In this document: positions 38,898 to 49,559 of the stretch, in pieces
Position numbering within the stretch: position 1 is the stretch's first letter
How the letters are laid out: the number at the start of each line of letters is the position of its first letter
Position numbers and translations under genes: made by a program
Notes under the pieces: generated by a model
The model's input: the letters and a program-made list of their open reading frames with translations, nothing else
Database searches by the model: none
What the model was told of the DNA's origin: nothing
Source of the DNA: an uncultured virus (IMG/VR IMGVR_UViG_2724679451_000017)
Taxonomy: Duplodnaviria; Heunggongvirae; Uroviricota; Caudoviricetes
DNA length: 64,000 nucleotides
Strand: one strand, 5' to 3'
IMG/VR virus record: IMGVR_UViG_2724679451_000017

Positions 38898-40676
38898 TTA
38901 CGATTTTTTAAGAGATGGCATATTGATACAGTGAATGACATAGCTTTGGTCAGCGTATCGGTCCAATGGGTTCATTTCAGCAGCTTGAGAGCCAATTAAA
39001 GTTAGTACTGATTCACGTGCATCTGGGCGTGTTTCAATAACTGAGAGAGGTGTTTGAATAAACCCAACAAACGGCGCTCGAATTGGCTCATTACCACGGC
39101 CTACTAAAAGCATATCAAATGCTGTATCAGTTTCTGCTACAAGCTCTTGAGCTGTTGGCGCATGATAAACGTTGGTACCATCTGCAAGTGTACCAATACG
39201 AACAATTTGACCATATCCAGCAGAGTACCCAGTTTTTGTCGGCATCTTATCGCTAGAAAGTTGGTTAAAGAATACTGCACCACTATCCCCAACATACAAA
39301 TCGTATGCAACAGTAGAACCACCAGTACGCTGATTAATATCCATTTTTGCAGCAGAAATGAATTTCATTACTTCGCCAAACAGATCACCAGTGGTATTAA
39401 ACGCAGCTGCCAATTTACCAGTTACACCACGAGAAGCATCAAAAGTAATTTCATGGCCTGAGTATTCAGCCAAATCTTTTGCTTCACCTAAAAGACGGAC
39501 CGTTTGTTCCAAGAAAACTTTACCCTGAATAATTGCCAAAGCTTGACCTAAGAAGCCGAGTTTGAGTTCATTATTCAACTGAGTCTGCAATAAAGTTGCT
39601 GCGGTAACCTGTGCCATAATTGGTGAAGCCACCAAATTTTCATATTCAGGTTCAAAATCAACACCTACAGGCGTCATTAAGAAGTTACCGTTACCATCAC
39701 GCGCATCAAAATCAGCTACGAGATGAACTTCAACTTTAGCACCAGCTGGTAAAGCTTCATTTAAGGTCACGCTAATTTTGCTAGCAGAAAGGTCAATTTC
39801 ACTACCAACAACACGATACTCTACGCCGTTTACAATTACGCTTTTTTCAGCAATAGCAGAAATCTTGCCTGAAAATTTTGATTTACTGCGGTTTCGAGTA
39901 TGCGCAACTTCTTTACCGTTGATTTTGATTGAAACATTACCAGCAATAAACGGCAGTAACTTCGCATTTACATCTGGCGTTTTTGCCTTGAAATCTTCAT
40001 AGCCAGTTCGTGCTACCACTGAGTAGGTTGTACCTGCACCACCATTTGACAATGCAAAACGTAAACGGCCCTCTACATAAGGCTTTGAGGCATTTGCACC
40101 GTCTAAGTATTCTGATTTCTTCATTGCACCAAAATCACGATTGGTGACAAAACGAATAGATACTAACGGTACTTCATTTGAACCATTAGAGTTTGGAATC
40201 ATTGCAACAATTGGCGTTGCATAAGCGATAACGTTTGCAATAGTTGCTACAGTAATCGCTGGGACGATACTTACAGATTCATGATGCTGGTGATTTACAT
40301 CATCAAATCCAGATTCATTAATACTGTCATAATAGCTAATGGTATCAGTAGGCAAAGAACCAGCTTGTTTTGCACCACTTAAACCAGCAGTTAACGCAGC
40401 TGCAATGATTGAAGGATGGGGTAAATCACCGCCATGGCGTGCTTGATATTGTGATACCCCAAACATCACAGCTTTATCAACTTCTGGCGCATATTCGATG
40501 CCAATTGAATCAAAAATTGCTTTTAATACTTCTGGGTACTCTTCTGCCGCTGTTTGTGCACTATCAAACCCATTTTCAAGCTCATCAGGACTTTTGAAAT
40601 AGTAATTTCGGCACTGAGCTGTAGCAATTTGTTGAGCCTCATACTTTTTACGAATTTCGTCTGATAACACAGTCAT
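38898..40676 (-). CDS. Putative major capsid protein (P1 gp23-like)
   Basis: 592 aa, own late promoter, hairpin downstream (~38863-38886), size and context as in P1-like phages. Confidence 0.7.
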   Translation of the reverse strand: MTVLSDEIRKKYEAQQIATAQCRNYYFKSPDELENGFDSAQTAAEEYPEVLKAIFDSIGIEYAPEVDKAVMFGVSQYQARHGGDLPHPSIIAAALTAGLSGAKQAGSLPTDTISYYDSINESGFDDVNHQHHESVSIVPAITVATIANVIAYATPIVAMIPNSNGSNEVPLVSIRFVTNRDFGAMKKSEYLDGANASKPYVEGRLRFALSNGGAGTTYSVVARTGYEDFKAKTPDVNAKLLPFIAGNVSIKINGKEVAHTRNRSKSKFSGKISAIAEKSVIVNGVEYRVVGSEIDLSASKISVTLNEALPAGAKVEVHLVADFDARDGNGNFLMTPVGVDFEPEYENLVASPIMAQVTAATLLQTQLNNELKLGFLGQALAIIQGKVFLEQTVRLLGEAKDLAEYSGHEITFDASRGVTGKLAAAFNTTGDLFGEVMKFISAAKMDINQRTGGSTVAYDLYVGDSGAVFFNQLSSDKMPTKTGYSAGYGQIVRIGTLADGTNVYHAPTAQELVAETDTAFDMLLVGRGNEPIRAPFVGFIQTPLSVIETRPDARESVLTLIGSQAAEMNPLDRYADQSYVIHCINMPSLKKS

Positions 40677-40714
40677 TTTAAACCAGCCTTTGGCTTTCTA
40701 TCTAAGATAAGGAA

Positions 40715-40755
40715 AGGATGGCATGCGGTTTTTAATCTTATTTATGCTAGTTCCA
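40715..40755 (-). promoter_or_regulatory. Putative late promoter (capsid)
   Basis: TGGAAC-N29-CATCCT. Confidence 0.7.
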
Positions 40756-40883
40756 AAACTTTTCTTGATACTTTTATAAGTTGGCCCCATATAAATAGAT
40801 CAAAATTATTATTCAGTTAAGTAATCAATTTATTTATAACTGTAATTAACTTTTTTATTCCATTAATCATTATAGGAAATCAT

Positions 40884-41129
40884 ATGTTAGTAGATATCTA
40901 TCAATCAGCTTCACACTCTTCAAAATATTTAACAGTTCCAAACGGTTTTGATGTTAATAAGTTAAATATAGAAGAGATAGATAAAGATTATAAAGTAGTG
41001 AAAACTTTTAAAACAAACATTGATCTTGTAACTAATTCAAAATTAATCGCTGCTACTGATGAAATACTTAATCAAATAAATAAGAATGGCTATGCAATAC
41101 ATGGAGCAACCGTTCTTGCATCAGAATAA
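40884..41129 (+). CDS. Small moron, YcgL-like pattern
   Basis: 'VDIYQS....KYLTVP' and 'ILNQINKNGY'; opposite strand; terminator at ~41137-41172. Confidence 0.55.
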   Translation: MLVDIYQSASHSSKYLTVPNGFDVNKLNIEEIDKDYKVVKTFKTNIDLVTNSKLIAATDEILNQINKNGYAIHGATVLASE

Positions 41130-41174
41130 TAAGTTTAAAAAAATGCCCTAAAATCTAGATTTTAGGGCATTTAA

Positions 41175-41477
41175 TTATCCACTTACACCACTTGAAACAT
41201 AAATCTCCACATTATCACCTGCTTTCACTTTATAACGGAGCTTATCCCAGCAATGTTGTCTAAATGGTTCAGTATCTGGTGCAGCAGCTGTTAAAGAAAG
41301 AATAGGCACCCAGTGTGAATCATTTTGCGGATCAGCAGAAGGAACATTACTTCCGAAAAATTCTACTTCTGCCCCGTTCCCGATCACCTGGTAATTGAAA
41401 ATTGCAGAAGTACATTGCTCAGCTATATCAATATCCCCTGTCTTTTTCCCTTTTACATTAAAAACTAAATAACTCAT
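41175..41477 (-). CDS. Hypothetical phage protein
   Basis: Coupled ORF in a late operon. Confidence 0.7.
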   Translation of the reverse strand: MSYLVFNVKGKKTGDIDIAEQCTSAIFNYQVIGNGAEVEFFGSNVPSADPQNDSHWVPILSLTAAAPDTEPFRQHCWDKLRYKVKAGDNVEIYVSSGVSG

Positions 41478-42022
41478 TAACTCTCTCCATCACCATTAGG
41501 TGAAATAAACAAATCATCTCTACGGTTTAAAACATACTTACTGCCAAAATCTGCCATGAGGCTAAAACCAGTTATATTCACAATCTCAAACCACAACATT
41601 AAATTTTCATAAATCATTAACCCTAAAAGATCCCCTTCTTTAAGAATCAAATCTGGGATGTTGATTATCCTGTCCAATACATCTTCTAATTCATCATTAA
41701 ATGGCTCTACTTGAGCAGTTAATACCAAATCTGAGGGGTTATTCATTGAGAAGTTCTTTTGAATATAACCACCATTAAATTTATCGAAATGAACATAAGC
41801 AGCGCCCTTATATTCATACTTGTAGTTGGGTTCATCTTGAATCGATAAAGTGTTCGCTTCAAAAGAAAGAGGATCTAAAGGTTTTGAATCTTCAGCTGGA
41901 TTATTGAAAATTACTTCTTTTCGCCAAATTTGCGCTGGAATACTTGCTAGAGCATTCATCACAACACGTCTAGCTGCTAAACGGCGTCCATTTGCAACTT
42001 GATTTACTGATCTATTTAGCAT
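41477..42022 (-). CDS. Hypothetical morphogenesis protein (possible head closure)
   Basis: Coupled ORF; 'KEGDLL..WFEIVNI' beta pattern. Confidence 0.55.
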   Translation of the reverse strand: MLNRSVNQVANGRRLAARRVVMNALASIPAQIWRKEVIFNNPAEDSKPLDPLSFEANTLSIQDEPNYKYEYKGAAYVHFDKFNGGYIQKNFSMNNPSDLVLTAQVEPFNDELEDVLDRIINIPDLILKEGDLLGLMIYENLMLWFEIVNITGFSLMADFGSKYVLNRRDDLFISPNGDGES

Positions 42023-43142
42023 TTCGACTTAAACCCTTCATAAAGACATTTAGCATGTCATTGTCGATTGCGCCTGATTTATGTAAGGCTTGAATTCTTT
42101 CAATTTGACTCGCTCTAACAGTTTCCACTTCAAAACGTTTGAGGGTTTTTAATTCGCCTTCTAAGAGCTTTTTGGCAACTTTATCAGCTCTACGCATCAT
42201 TTCTTTTTCTGCTTTTTGGATATTGGCTTTGATTGGCTTAACAGAACCATTCATCAAATCCATTACTTGCTCGTTAATTGAATTCTGTATTTGCTTATCT
42301 GTTTGCTTATACCGTGCACCAACTTGTTTCTTACGGTCTTTCTCTACTTCCTTTTTAAGGTAGGCAATCCCTGCTGGTGAACTAATCCACTTAACAACGC
42401 GCAATACATGCTTACAAGCCACACCGGATAAATGCGGGTTACGTATTTTCGGAAAGCCGCCCTCATCACGTCCTAAATTGTAGCCGCCAATAGTTGCCAT
42501 ATAGCGGTACCAGAATGTATGACGTTCGCAATCACACTGAAATTTGATTTTGCCTTTAGCCAAGCGGTTTTTTACAGTGGTTAATGCCTGCTTGTCGATA
42601 TCAAATACGACAGATTTAAAGTTTGAAAACTCAATCTCAACGTGATGATTTAAGACTTTACTATTTGGACCGGCATTCGTAAGTAAGTGCACTAAACCAG
42701 CTTTTCTGCTGACTGGTACCGCCAAATATATTTGCTCATTTGCACGGTCAATATCATCTTGTCGGCTTAAATTAATGATGTTTTGAGGGGTAATACCCTT
42801 ACTATACTGATCTTTTAATAACTGAATGTTTTCCTGAAATGCCAAAATATCATCACGGGTAATACGCCGTGGCACTTCCCCATTTCGCTGACCTAAGGTT
42901 GTAAAAAGCACTCTCTCTACATCATATTTTTCGCCTTGTGCAATATCTTGTGGCCGCAAGAACATAGGCTTAGGGATCTTTCTTCCCCAATCATCATATT
43001 CAATTTCTTTTTCTGCAAATGCCCGCTGTTCTCTATCTGCACGCTGGCGGCTCTGTTGATCTCTACGAACTCCACCATTTTGCAAAGATTGGTTTAATTG
43101 CAGCTGGGCACGGCGTAAATCATCTGGCTTGAATGCTGACAT
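42012..43142 (-). CDS. SWIM-type zinc-finger phage protein
   Basis: 'FQCDC...ACKHV' CxC-CxH motif. Confidence 0.7.
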   Translation of the reverse strand: MSAFKPDDLRRAQLQLNQSLQNGGVRRDQQSRQRADREQRAFAEKEIEYDDWGRKIPKPMFLRPQDIAQGEKYDVERVLFTTLGQRNGEVPRRITRDDILAFQENIQLLKDQYSKGITPQNIINLSRQDDIDRANEQIYLAVPVSRKAGLVHLLTNAGPNSKVLNHHVEIEFSNFKSVVFDIDKQALTTVKNRLAKGKIKFQCDCERHTFWYRYMATIGGYNLGRDEGGFPKIRNPHLSGVACKHVLRVVKWISSPAGIAYLKKEVEKDRKKQVGARYKQTDKQIQNSINEQVMDLMNGSVKPIKANIQKAEKEMMRRADKVAKKLLEGELKTLKRFEVETVRASQIERIQALHKSGAIDNDMLNVFMKGLSRNAK

Positions 43143-43143
43143 A

Positions 43144-43422
43144 TTAATTATCCTGCAAGTATTCTTTTTGAAGTCTTAAAAGATCAACGAGCCTTGGAAA
43201 TGCTACCTTTTGTAGTGGTAGTTTTTCCCAAATACCGTTGGCACCACAGGCCACTAAAACCGCATCAATATGATTTCTTGAACCATAAAGCTTGTAGCTT
43301 AAGAGTGATGGATCTTGCGATTCATCCTCTTTAATCTCCCATACAATCAAGTTCTGAATATTATTCTGTTGAAGATTTCGGTGAATTAAATCTCTGATAG
43401 CATTTCGATAGTCATTTCTCAT
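43144..43422 (-). CDS. Baseplate/tail X-like (LysM-like) small protein
   Basis: 'DPSLLSYKLYGSR..DAVLVACG'. Confidence 0.55.
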   Translation of the reverse strand: MRNDYRNAIRDLIHRNLQQNNIQNLIVWEIKEDESQDPSLLSYKLYGSRNHIDAVLVACGANGIWEKLPLQKVAFPRLVDLLRLQKEYLQDN

Positions 43423-43436
43423 ACTGTTTCACCTAT

Positions 43437-44975
43437 TTAAGTTTTAACAGTACTTACACGAGCAAAGCCACCAATACCGGCTTTACCGCTGTTGCCATTA
43501 CTTTCAGTAGTGTGACCAGCTTCGCCAACAATTAAAGTCATATACTGAGTTTTTTCGGTTGAATTCACATATCGGCAAATGAGTAAACCACCACTTGCAC
43601 CACCACCACCAAGTGCCCAGCCATCATCTCCTACACCATTAGCACCATCACCACCAGCACCCCAGTTTGATACTGGACTAACTGATGCGCCGCCTTTGTG
43701 GTTTGTTTGGTTTGCAGCTGTACCAGCGTTACCAAGCTTGCGTGAAATTTCGGTTATGTTTGATGTCACAGTGATTACACCTGCTAAACCACCAGCACCA
43801 TTTGAGAAAGCACTACCATTCGACCACTGACCACTGGTACCGCCCTTACCGCCACCAACAACCGCCAAATCAAGTTCATTTAAACGTAAGCGTGTATCTG
43901 TACCACTGGTCCCATGTGCCAATGCTCCTAACTCCCAGACACTGCCACCACCAGCACCACCAGCACCAACCAATATGAATTCTTTTTGTTCTTTTGGTTG
44001 AATTGGAATGATATAAACACCTGGTACTGTGTAATCGCCATTACCATCGTTTAGTGTTTCTGCAGCTACCTGAACAACGGACCAATTCACAGTACCTGAA
44101 TACCCTATCCGGTTTTGACCTGAGCGGTCCCAAACTTCATATGAAAAACCCTTTTCAGCACGAGTAAGCTCCCATGCTTCATGTGTGCTTTCTGGTGTTA
44201 AATAGATTGCATACTTTGAATCACGTAAATCAGTAACTTTGCCACCTAGTTCAACTGTGGCTGAGCTACCAATATTTACACCTGCTCCAATTAATTTTGG
44301 ATATTGAGCATCTAAGTTTTTCTTGAAATCGATTAACTGCTGCAACAAATTTTTGGAACTAAGATCTAGATCATCAATCTGTTGTTGTAAATCATCGTCT
44401 TTGGCTTTTACGTCTTTTTCAAATGCATATTGAGGGTGCGGATCCTCATGCTGATTATGTTCAGTCATGAGCTTACGAATTAACGCGCCGTATTGTGGAT
44501 GAGGGTCTTCATCTGCACTATGCTGATTCATCAACATCACAGCAATTGGTGTGTTTGGATCAATCTTGATAGTTACGTTTTTTAAATTAACGTCAGTTAA
44601 AACAAATCCAAATGTTACAATGGCTACTACGTTTGCATGTAAAGACATGATTGATTGAGCAGCTGTAGTCGAGGCCACCGCAAGTAAAGTACCATCTGAT
44701 AGGTAAATACCCATCTCAAACACTTCCATTGTTAAAGTTGGCTCAATACTCATCACAAAACGCAAAGTACCAGTTTCTGTATCTACACCACCACCATTAA
44801 GAGAAAATCTGGCTAATTCATTTTTAAGAGAAGTTAGGTTTTTCGCTTCAACTGATGCATCAAATTTGCCGGTACCAACAGCAAGATGAGTAAGCTCCCC
44901 ACCAAAGCTAGCAACATCGCCTACTTTATTTAAAGCATTCCGACCTGCGTCAGTTAAAAAGAAATTAATAGCCAT
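43437..44975 (-). CDS. Side tail fibre / tail-collar protein
   Basis: 'LTDAGRNAL..LTHLAVGTG..LKNELAR', 'EMGIYLSDGTLLAV', duplicated 'EDPHPQY', Gly-rich C-terminus. Confidence 0.85.
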   Translation of the reverse strand: MAINFFLTDAGRNALNKVGDVASFGGELTHLAVGTGKFDASVEAKNLTSLKNELARFSLNGGGVDTETGTLRFVMSIEPTLTMEVFEMGIYLSDGTLLAVASTTAAQSIMSLHANVVAIVTFGFVLTDVNLKNVTIKIDPNTPIAVMLMNQHSADEDPHPQYGALIRKLMTEHNQHEDPHPQYAFEKDVKAKDDDLQQQIDDLDLSSKNLLQQLIDFKKNLDAQYPKLIGAGVNIGSSATVELGGKVTDLRDSKYAIYLTPESTHEAWELTRAEKGFSYEVWDRSGQNRIGYSGTVNWSVVQVAAETLNDGNGDYTVPGVYIIPIQPKEQKEFILVGAGGAGGGSVWELGALAHGTSGTDTRLRLNELDLAVVGGGKGGTSGQWSNGSAFSNGAGGLAGVITVTSNITEISRKLGNAGTAANQTNHKGGASVSPVSNWGAGGDGANGVGDDGWALGGGGASGGLLICRYVNSTEKTQYMTLIVGEAGHTTESNGNSGKAGIGGFARVSTVKT

Positions 44976-45001
44976 AACCCACCCATATGATTTATTGATC
45001 T

Positions 45002-45042
45002 ATGGTAGTTACGGCAAAAAGGATCGGTGGGGGGCAGTTCCA
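45002..45042 (-). promoter_or_regulatory. Putative late promoter
   Basis: TGGAAC-N29-TACCAT. Confidence 0.75.
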
Positions 45043-45047
45043 CAAAA

Positions 45048-47039
45048 CTAATCATTTTCTTTTTCAGCTGCTTCTCTTAAAGCACTGAATCTTGACTTAC
45101 GTTCAGCTTGTTCACGGCCTTCCGGTGTATCGTCAGTGACATTTACAGTTTCGTAAGCTTCAGTGTAGTGAACGTTTTCCAAGAATAAGAAAGCAAAAGC
45201 ATCACCGATATCCGGTGATTTAATTCCCATCCGTTTCATTTCGTCTTTGCTTAAGATTTTATAACGAGCAAAGTCATCAAAACGGTATGGAACGTGGATT
45301 AACTGATCTTTAATTTTCACATTGTGTTTCTTCGTTTTTATTTTAAAACGGCCACTTGCGATTGCTCGCTGCAAACCAACATAAGCTAATGACCGTTTAT
45401 TTGTAAACTCTTTTCTATTGTCATTACTAAAACATTGTGAGCCCCAATAAACAGGAACGTAGAAAATACCTTGCTTTTTAAGGTATTGGCCTAAACCTTT
45501 ACCCGCCCCGTTATCATCTACAACCAAGTTAGCATTTGGGTACTGTAAAAGTAGCTCATTAATCTTTGCAAATAGTTCTAAGATATCATCTCTGTTTTTG
45601 CATAATGGAATATCTACAACTTCTACACGGCGTGCGCGCTCTCCCCATTGCGATTCACCCCAAACTTTAGAAACAACAATTACTGAATCGTCACGGCCAA
45701 CACCACCACCAACGTCAACAGTAATGACATAACCGAATTGATGGTCATCAAAAATACTCGCGCCAACATACATTTCTTCGGTTTGACGCTTGGTGATTAA
45801 GAACTCATCTGATAAGTCTGGGAATTCACCTAAAACACGAATCTTATACTGAGCATCTTCCCTGCTGCCGTATTTTTGCCGTTGTTCCTGTAAGGATTGT
45901 TCACTAACTAGTGGTGACTCTTCCCCGTTAAATGTGAGTGCAATCCAAACACCACCAGCTCGATGACTTAACTTGTGATGAGTCTCATAGAACATACCCG
46001 CATTACGGGTAGGCTGTGAGGTCATTACTGCACGGTTGTCTTCATGCGTTAAGGCACCAAAAGCTACATCAAGGACAGCATCATCTACACCACTGGCCTC
46101 ATCGACCCAGACCATGTAGTTATCGCCGTGGTTACCAGCTAAGTTTGTAGGTTGATGTTTTGGTGCTGTCTTCGCAAAGACATACCATTTTTCTTTATAG
46201 CCTTTGATGTATACGAGTTCAGACTGGTACCCAACATAATCAGCAAGCCAAGCCAAAGGCCCTTGCTTCAATCGTGCTAGATTGATACTGATTTCTTTCC
46301 AGACTTGTTTCTTTAACTGCCCAATCTGCGGAGCAGTAAACATCATGATGGATTCATCAAAAAACAAGAGATGCCATAAGGCAACAATACCGGCACTGGC
46401 CGTTTTACCAGTGTTATGAAGTACTAAGTCATCTTCACCCAAGAAAAATGGATCTGGATCGAGTACAAAACCGTAATATTTACCTTCACCTAGCTCAGTA
46501 ACCGATGTAATTTTTAAAGGCTTATGTTCCCCATCTATAAGCCTATAAGATGCAAACTGTTCCCTACTTTCAGGTTTAAGGTTCATATATTGAGAAACAA
46601 GCAATTCAATCTTGTCGCCCTTTGACCACCCGTTACCATCGTATAAAGAAATTAAGCAAAGAATATGTGATTTATTGAATGTATGAGCTTTACCATTCTC
46701 ATATTCAAACCGGAACATTTCCTGATAACCGGTTACTGTTTTAATTACATCTAGTTCTGTCTTACCATCTGCAGCAAGAATTTTATGATTTAGATTAATA
46801 CGCTCAACTGGGATAAATTCCCCATTGGCTAATTTGATTAAAGTCCCTTTACCAAAGCAACCATGCCCCGATGCTACTGAAGTACGGCTACCATCAAATG
46901 CAATAGATTCAAAAAGTAATTCTTGTTGCCATGTGGGTTCGACACCTAATGCTTCTACGGCGAAAGCATAGATGTCGTATCGATAACGCTCACAAAGTTC
47001 CCACCATTCGGGAATTTCTTTTAATGGTGCCAAAGCCAT
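45048..47039 (-). CDS. Terminase large subunit (P1 PacB-like) containing a mini-intein
   Basis: Walker A SGHG|TGKT split by the intein; Walker B 'WVDEASG'; nuclease 'TVDVGGG', 'SPDIGDA'. Confidence 0.92.
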   Translation of the reverse strand: MALAPLKEIPEWWELCERYRYDIYAFAVEALGVEPTWQQELLFESIAFDGSRTSVASGHGCFGKGTLIKLANGEFIPVERINLNHKILAADGKTELDVIKTVTGYQEMFRFEYENGKAHTFNKSHILCLISLYDGNGWSKGDKIELLVSQYMNLKPESREQFASYRLIDGEHKPLKITSVTELGEGKYYGFVLDPDPFFLGEDDLVLHNTGKTASAGIVALWHLLFFDESIMMFTAPQIGQLKKQVWKEISINLARLKQGPLAWLADYVGYQSELVYIKGYKEKWYVFAKTAPKHQPTNLAGNHGDNYMVWVDEASGVDDAVLDVAFGALTHEDNRAVMTSQPTRNAGMFYETHHKLSHRAGGVWIALTFNGEESPLVSEQSLQEQRQKYGSREDAQYKIRVLGEFPDLSDEFLITKRQTEEMYVGASIFDDHQFGYVITVDVGGGVGRDDSVIVVSKVWGESQWGERARRVEVVDIPLCKNRDDILELFAKINELLLQYPNANLVVDDNGAGKGLGQYLKKQGIFYVPVYWGSQCFSNDNRKEFTNKRSLAYVGLQRAIASGRFKIKTKKHNVKIKDQLIHVPYRFDDFARYKILSKDEMKRMGIKSPDIGDAFAFLFLENVHYTEAYETVNVTDDTPEGREQAERKSRFSALREAAEKEND
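46413..46859 (-). mobile_element. Mini-intein (149 aa, no homing endonuclease)
   Basis: Starts 'CFGKGTLI', block B 'FNKSH', ends 'LVLHN' followed by Thr. Confidence 0.9.
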
Positions 47040-47058
47040 ACCGTAAAAACACCATTAC

Positions 47059-47571
47059 TTAAAAGATTGAAAAAGGAAGCATTGTTGGATCTACAGCATC
47101 TTCTTCAAACTGATTCCCTTCAGTAATTGAAAAGCCTTTGGCAATTTTCGTACTAGCCCAAACAGCTAATAGAATTGCAATGTGTCCATTGTTTAAGCTG
47201 CTGCTATCAAATTCTTGCTGAAGGCCGTTTTTATCGACCTTACGGATTTCAAGTACGTTTTTAGGGTTGTACTGGTTTAGCTTCGGCTCAATTTCAATTA
47301 ACTTTGCTCTGAAACGAGCTTGGTAAATTGAAATCACTTCTTCTAAGTGCTCTTTAGCATTGAAACTTAATTGCCAATTCTGTACTTGATCCGGTGAGTC
47401 AGTTACTACAACTGTTTGATCTCTTAAATCGCTTGGTACGGGCAAATTTGAATAAACAGCTGTTTTTTGAATAACAAGCTCACCTGTATCAGCAAATGCC
47501 GCTCCAATAAGTCGAATTGGTTGATCCGAAAACCCAGCAACACGGCTGTCTATACGAATAATTCCAGACAT
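47059..47571 (-). CDS. Hypothetical phage protein
   Basis: AAGGA SD; directly upstream of the terminase. Confidence 0.7.
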   Translation of the reverse strand: MSGIIRIDSRVAGFSDQPIRLIGAAFADTGELVIQKTAVYSNLPVPSDLRDQTVVVTDSPDQVQNWQLSFNAKEHLEEVISIYQARFRAKLIEIEPKLNQYNPKNVLEIRKVDKNGLQQEFDSSSLNNGHIAILLAVWASTKIAKGFSITEGNQFEEDAVDPTMLPFSIF

Positions 47572-47582
47572 TACATTTATCC

Positions 47583-47783
47583 TTAGCGCCGTTTGCGTTC
47601 TAACTTGGTTTGGCATTCAATGCAGAATTTCACGCCACCTAAAGCACGGCGGCGCTCTGGTATTTCTTCACCACATTCAACACATTCTTTTTCAGATTCG
47701 CCTTCAAAACGGCATCGGTTTGCAATTTCTTGCTGCAATAAATAATCAGCACTTTCTTGTGCCTTATCGATTAAGTCAGTCAT
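47583..47783 (-). CDS. DksA/TraR C4 zinc-finger protein
   Basis: 'DLIDKAQE', 'CVECGEEIPERRR..CIECQ'. Confidence 0.9.
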   Translation of the reverse strand: MTDLIDKAQESADYLLQQEIANRCRFEGESEKECVECGEEIPERRRALGGVKFCIECQTKLERKRR

Positions 47784-48579
47784 CTATACGCTCAACTGTA
47801 ATTTCACCTGTTTCTCTATCACCCTTCACACGCTGGTGATCGAGTGATGTGTACTGATCAGCTTGCACTACAACTTTGTCGTTGATTGCGGGCTGTTCCG
47901 TTGCTGAGCCGTCAGGTTCATAGCCATTACCTGTGTTGTTGTCGAATGGACCACCGAAACCGATAACGTTAGGTGTATAACCCACAAGCTGAATATCTAC
48001 AGTTGAGATAGAAAGATTGATTGCTTCGCTTGGGACTGGTGATGGAAAAAGTTCATTTTCAAAAACAGTGAATGTTGAATTAACAACATGATCATTCCAT
48101 TGCTGAAATGGCACATTAAAACGGCGGTTATCGCTGCTAGACATGTATGCGCAAAACTGCCCAATGACTGAACGCAGATCATTAGGATTGGTGGCAAAGA
48201 AAGCGATTTGAGCACGTACAGTTGTTGGCACCAGACGAACCTTCACCCGTTTCTCATCAATGACCGTTTCAATAAAATCAGGCACTGGTAGTAATTGATT
48301 TACATCAGGGGGTTGGTCAGTTAACGCTGTTGCAGTAAGCATTACAGGTAAAATCACTTTGGATTCTTCCTCATGCTTCTGGCTTTTTCTATATTCAGAA
48401 AGCATTGCTTCTGAATCGTCCATCATCCGTGACGGACATGCTTTTATAGCGTTACCAATGGCTCTCAACTTCCAGTCAGCCGTTAATTGGGTCTCAGGCA
48501 TATACCAAGCACGAAAATTGACAAGCTGCTTATACCAAGCGTTTTGGATGCATTTAAGCGAATCGTTGGGGTAATTCAT
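47776..48579 (-). CDS. Hypothetical morphogenesis protein (possible tail terminator)
   Basis: Coupled ORF in a late operon; function tentative. Confidence 0.55.
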   Translation of the reverse strand: MNYPNDSLKCIQNAWYKQLVNFRAWYMPETQLTADWKLRAIGNAIKACPSRMMDDSEAMLSEYRKSQKHEEESKVILPVMLTATALTDQPPDVNQLLPVPDFIETVIDEKRVKVRLVPTTVRAQIAFFATNPNDLRSVIGQFCAYMSSSDNRRFNVPFQQWNDHVVNSTFTVFENELFPSPVPSEAINLSISTVDIQLVGYTPNVIGFGGPFDNNTGNGYEPDGSATEQPAINDKVVVQADQYTSLDHQRVKGDRETGEITVERIDD

Positions 48580-48581
48580 TA

Positions 48582-49487
48582 TTACCCCCATACACTAAAG
48601 ATACTGCCAAAAGACTTTTTCGGCTTTTTAGCTTTTTCTTTTACACTTGGCTGATCCATGGATTGCAGAATTTGTTCAGCATGTTGTTGAACTGAATCAA
48701 AGCTCTTCACCGGATTTACCAAACCCGTATAGAGTTCTTTTTTGCGTTCTTCTCTAAGTTGTTGCAGGCGTTTCTGTTTATCAACTTTTTCTGAGAGTTC
48801 ACCTACTAAGCCTTGAGCATTTCCTAACTCATTTAAAAGTTGAAGTTGGCTATTGATATTGTCGTAGGTCTGTAAGATTTGATCTTCAAGTAATTGGGCA
48901 ATAATAATTTCAGGTTGTGATAACTGTGAAATATCTGTTGCGCTATCAAAGCAAGAAACAATACCTTCTGGCTCTTCAGGAACAAATAAACCATCAAATA
49001 ACTGACCATCACCAACATTACTTGCATAATTTGGTTGCGCAACGAAATCAAAACCAAAAAAACCTGTTGGTATTAAACGGCCACCGACATTCTTGTAATT
49101 GACTGAAGTGCTAAAACCACCCGCTTGGGCTTTATAATCTTGTAATGCTATCTCACCAGGTTCGTTATCATAAAACTCTTCTCGGTGCTCAACTGTTCCA
49201 TCCTTTGAAGCACGTAATTCAATTGTTTTAAACGCCCGTGAAAGATATACAACTTTACCTTTTATGATCACCGTTTCAGGCGGCACCATACCATAGCGCT
49301 GTCGAATTTGATGACCGTAAAATCCTTGTAATGAATTAGTAGCAACCATTTCTTGTACATGGTCACTGTTGATCAAGTTGACCATTGCATCAACATCGAC
49401 ATTACTTCGATCAACACCGGTATATTTACGGCATCGGTAATGTAAGTTGTAAGATAGAACTTTTGTCTTTCTATTTTTGCTAGCCAT
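48582..49487 (-). CDS. Putative prohead protease (P1 Pro-like)
   Basis: 'GFYGH', 'GGFSTSV', 'GFDFVAQPNY' His/Ser/Asp pattern. Confidence 0.7.
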   Translation of the reverse strand: MASKNRKTKVLSYNLHYRCRKYTGVDRSNVDVDAMVNLINSDHVQEMVATNSLQGFYGHQIRQRYGMVPPETVIIKGKVVYLSRAFKTIELRASKDGTVEHREEFYDNEPGEIALQDYKAQAGGFSTSVNYKNVGGRLIPTGFFGFDFVAQPNYASNVGDGQLFDGLFVPEEPEGIVSCFDSATDISQLSQPEIIIAQLLEDQILQTYDNINSQLQLLNELGNAQGLVGELSEKVDKQKRLQQLREERKKELYTGLVNPVKSFDSVQQHAEQILQSMDQPSVKEKAKKPKKSFGSIFSVWG

Positions 49488-49516
49488 AAAAAAGCCCCAA
49501 TGCTGTGATTGAGGCT

Positions 49517-49557
49517 ATTGTTTCAGTTGTTCTACAGTTGAAATTTAATCAGTTCCA
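49517..49557 (-). promoter_or_regulatory. Putative late promoter
   Basis: TGGAAC-N29-AACAAT. Confidence 0.75.
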
Positions 49558-49559
49558 AA

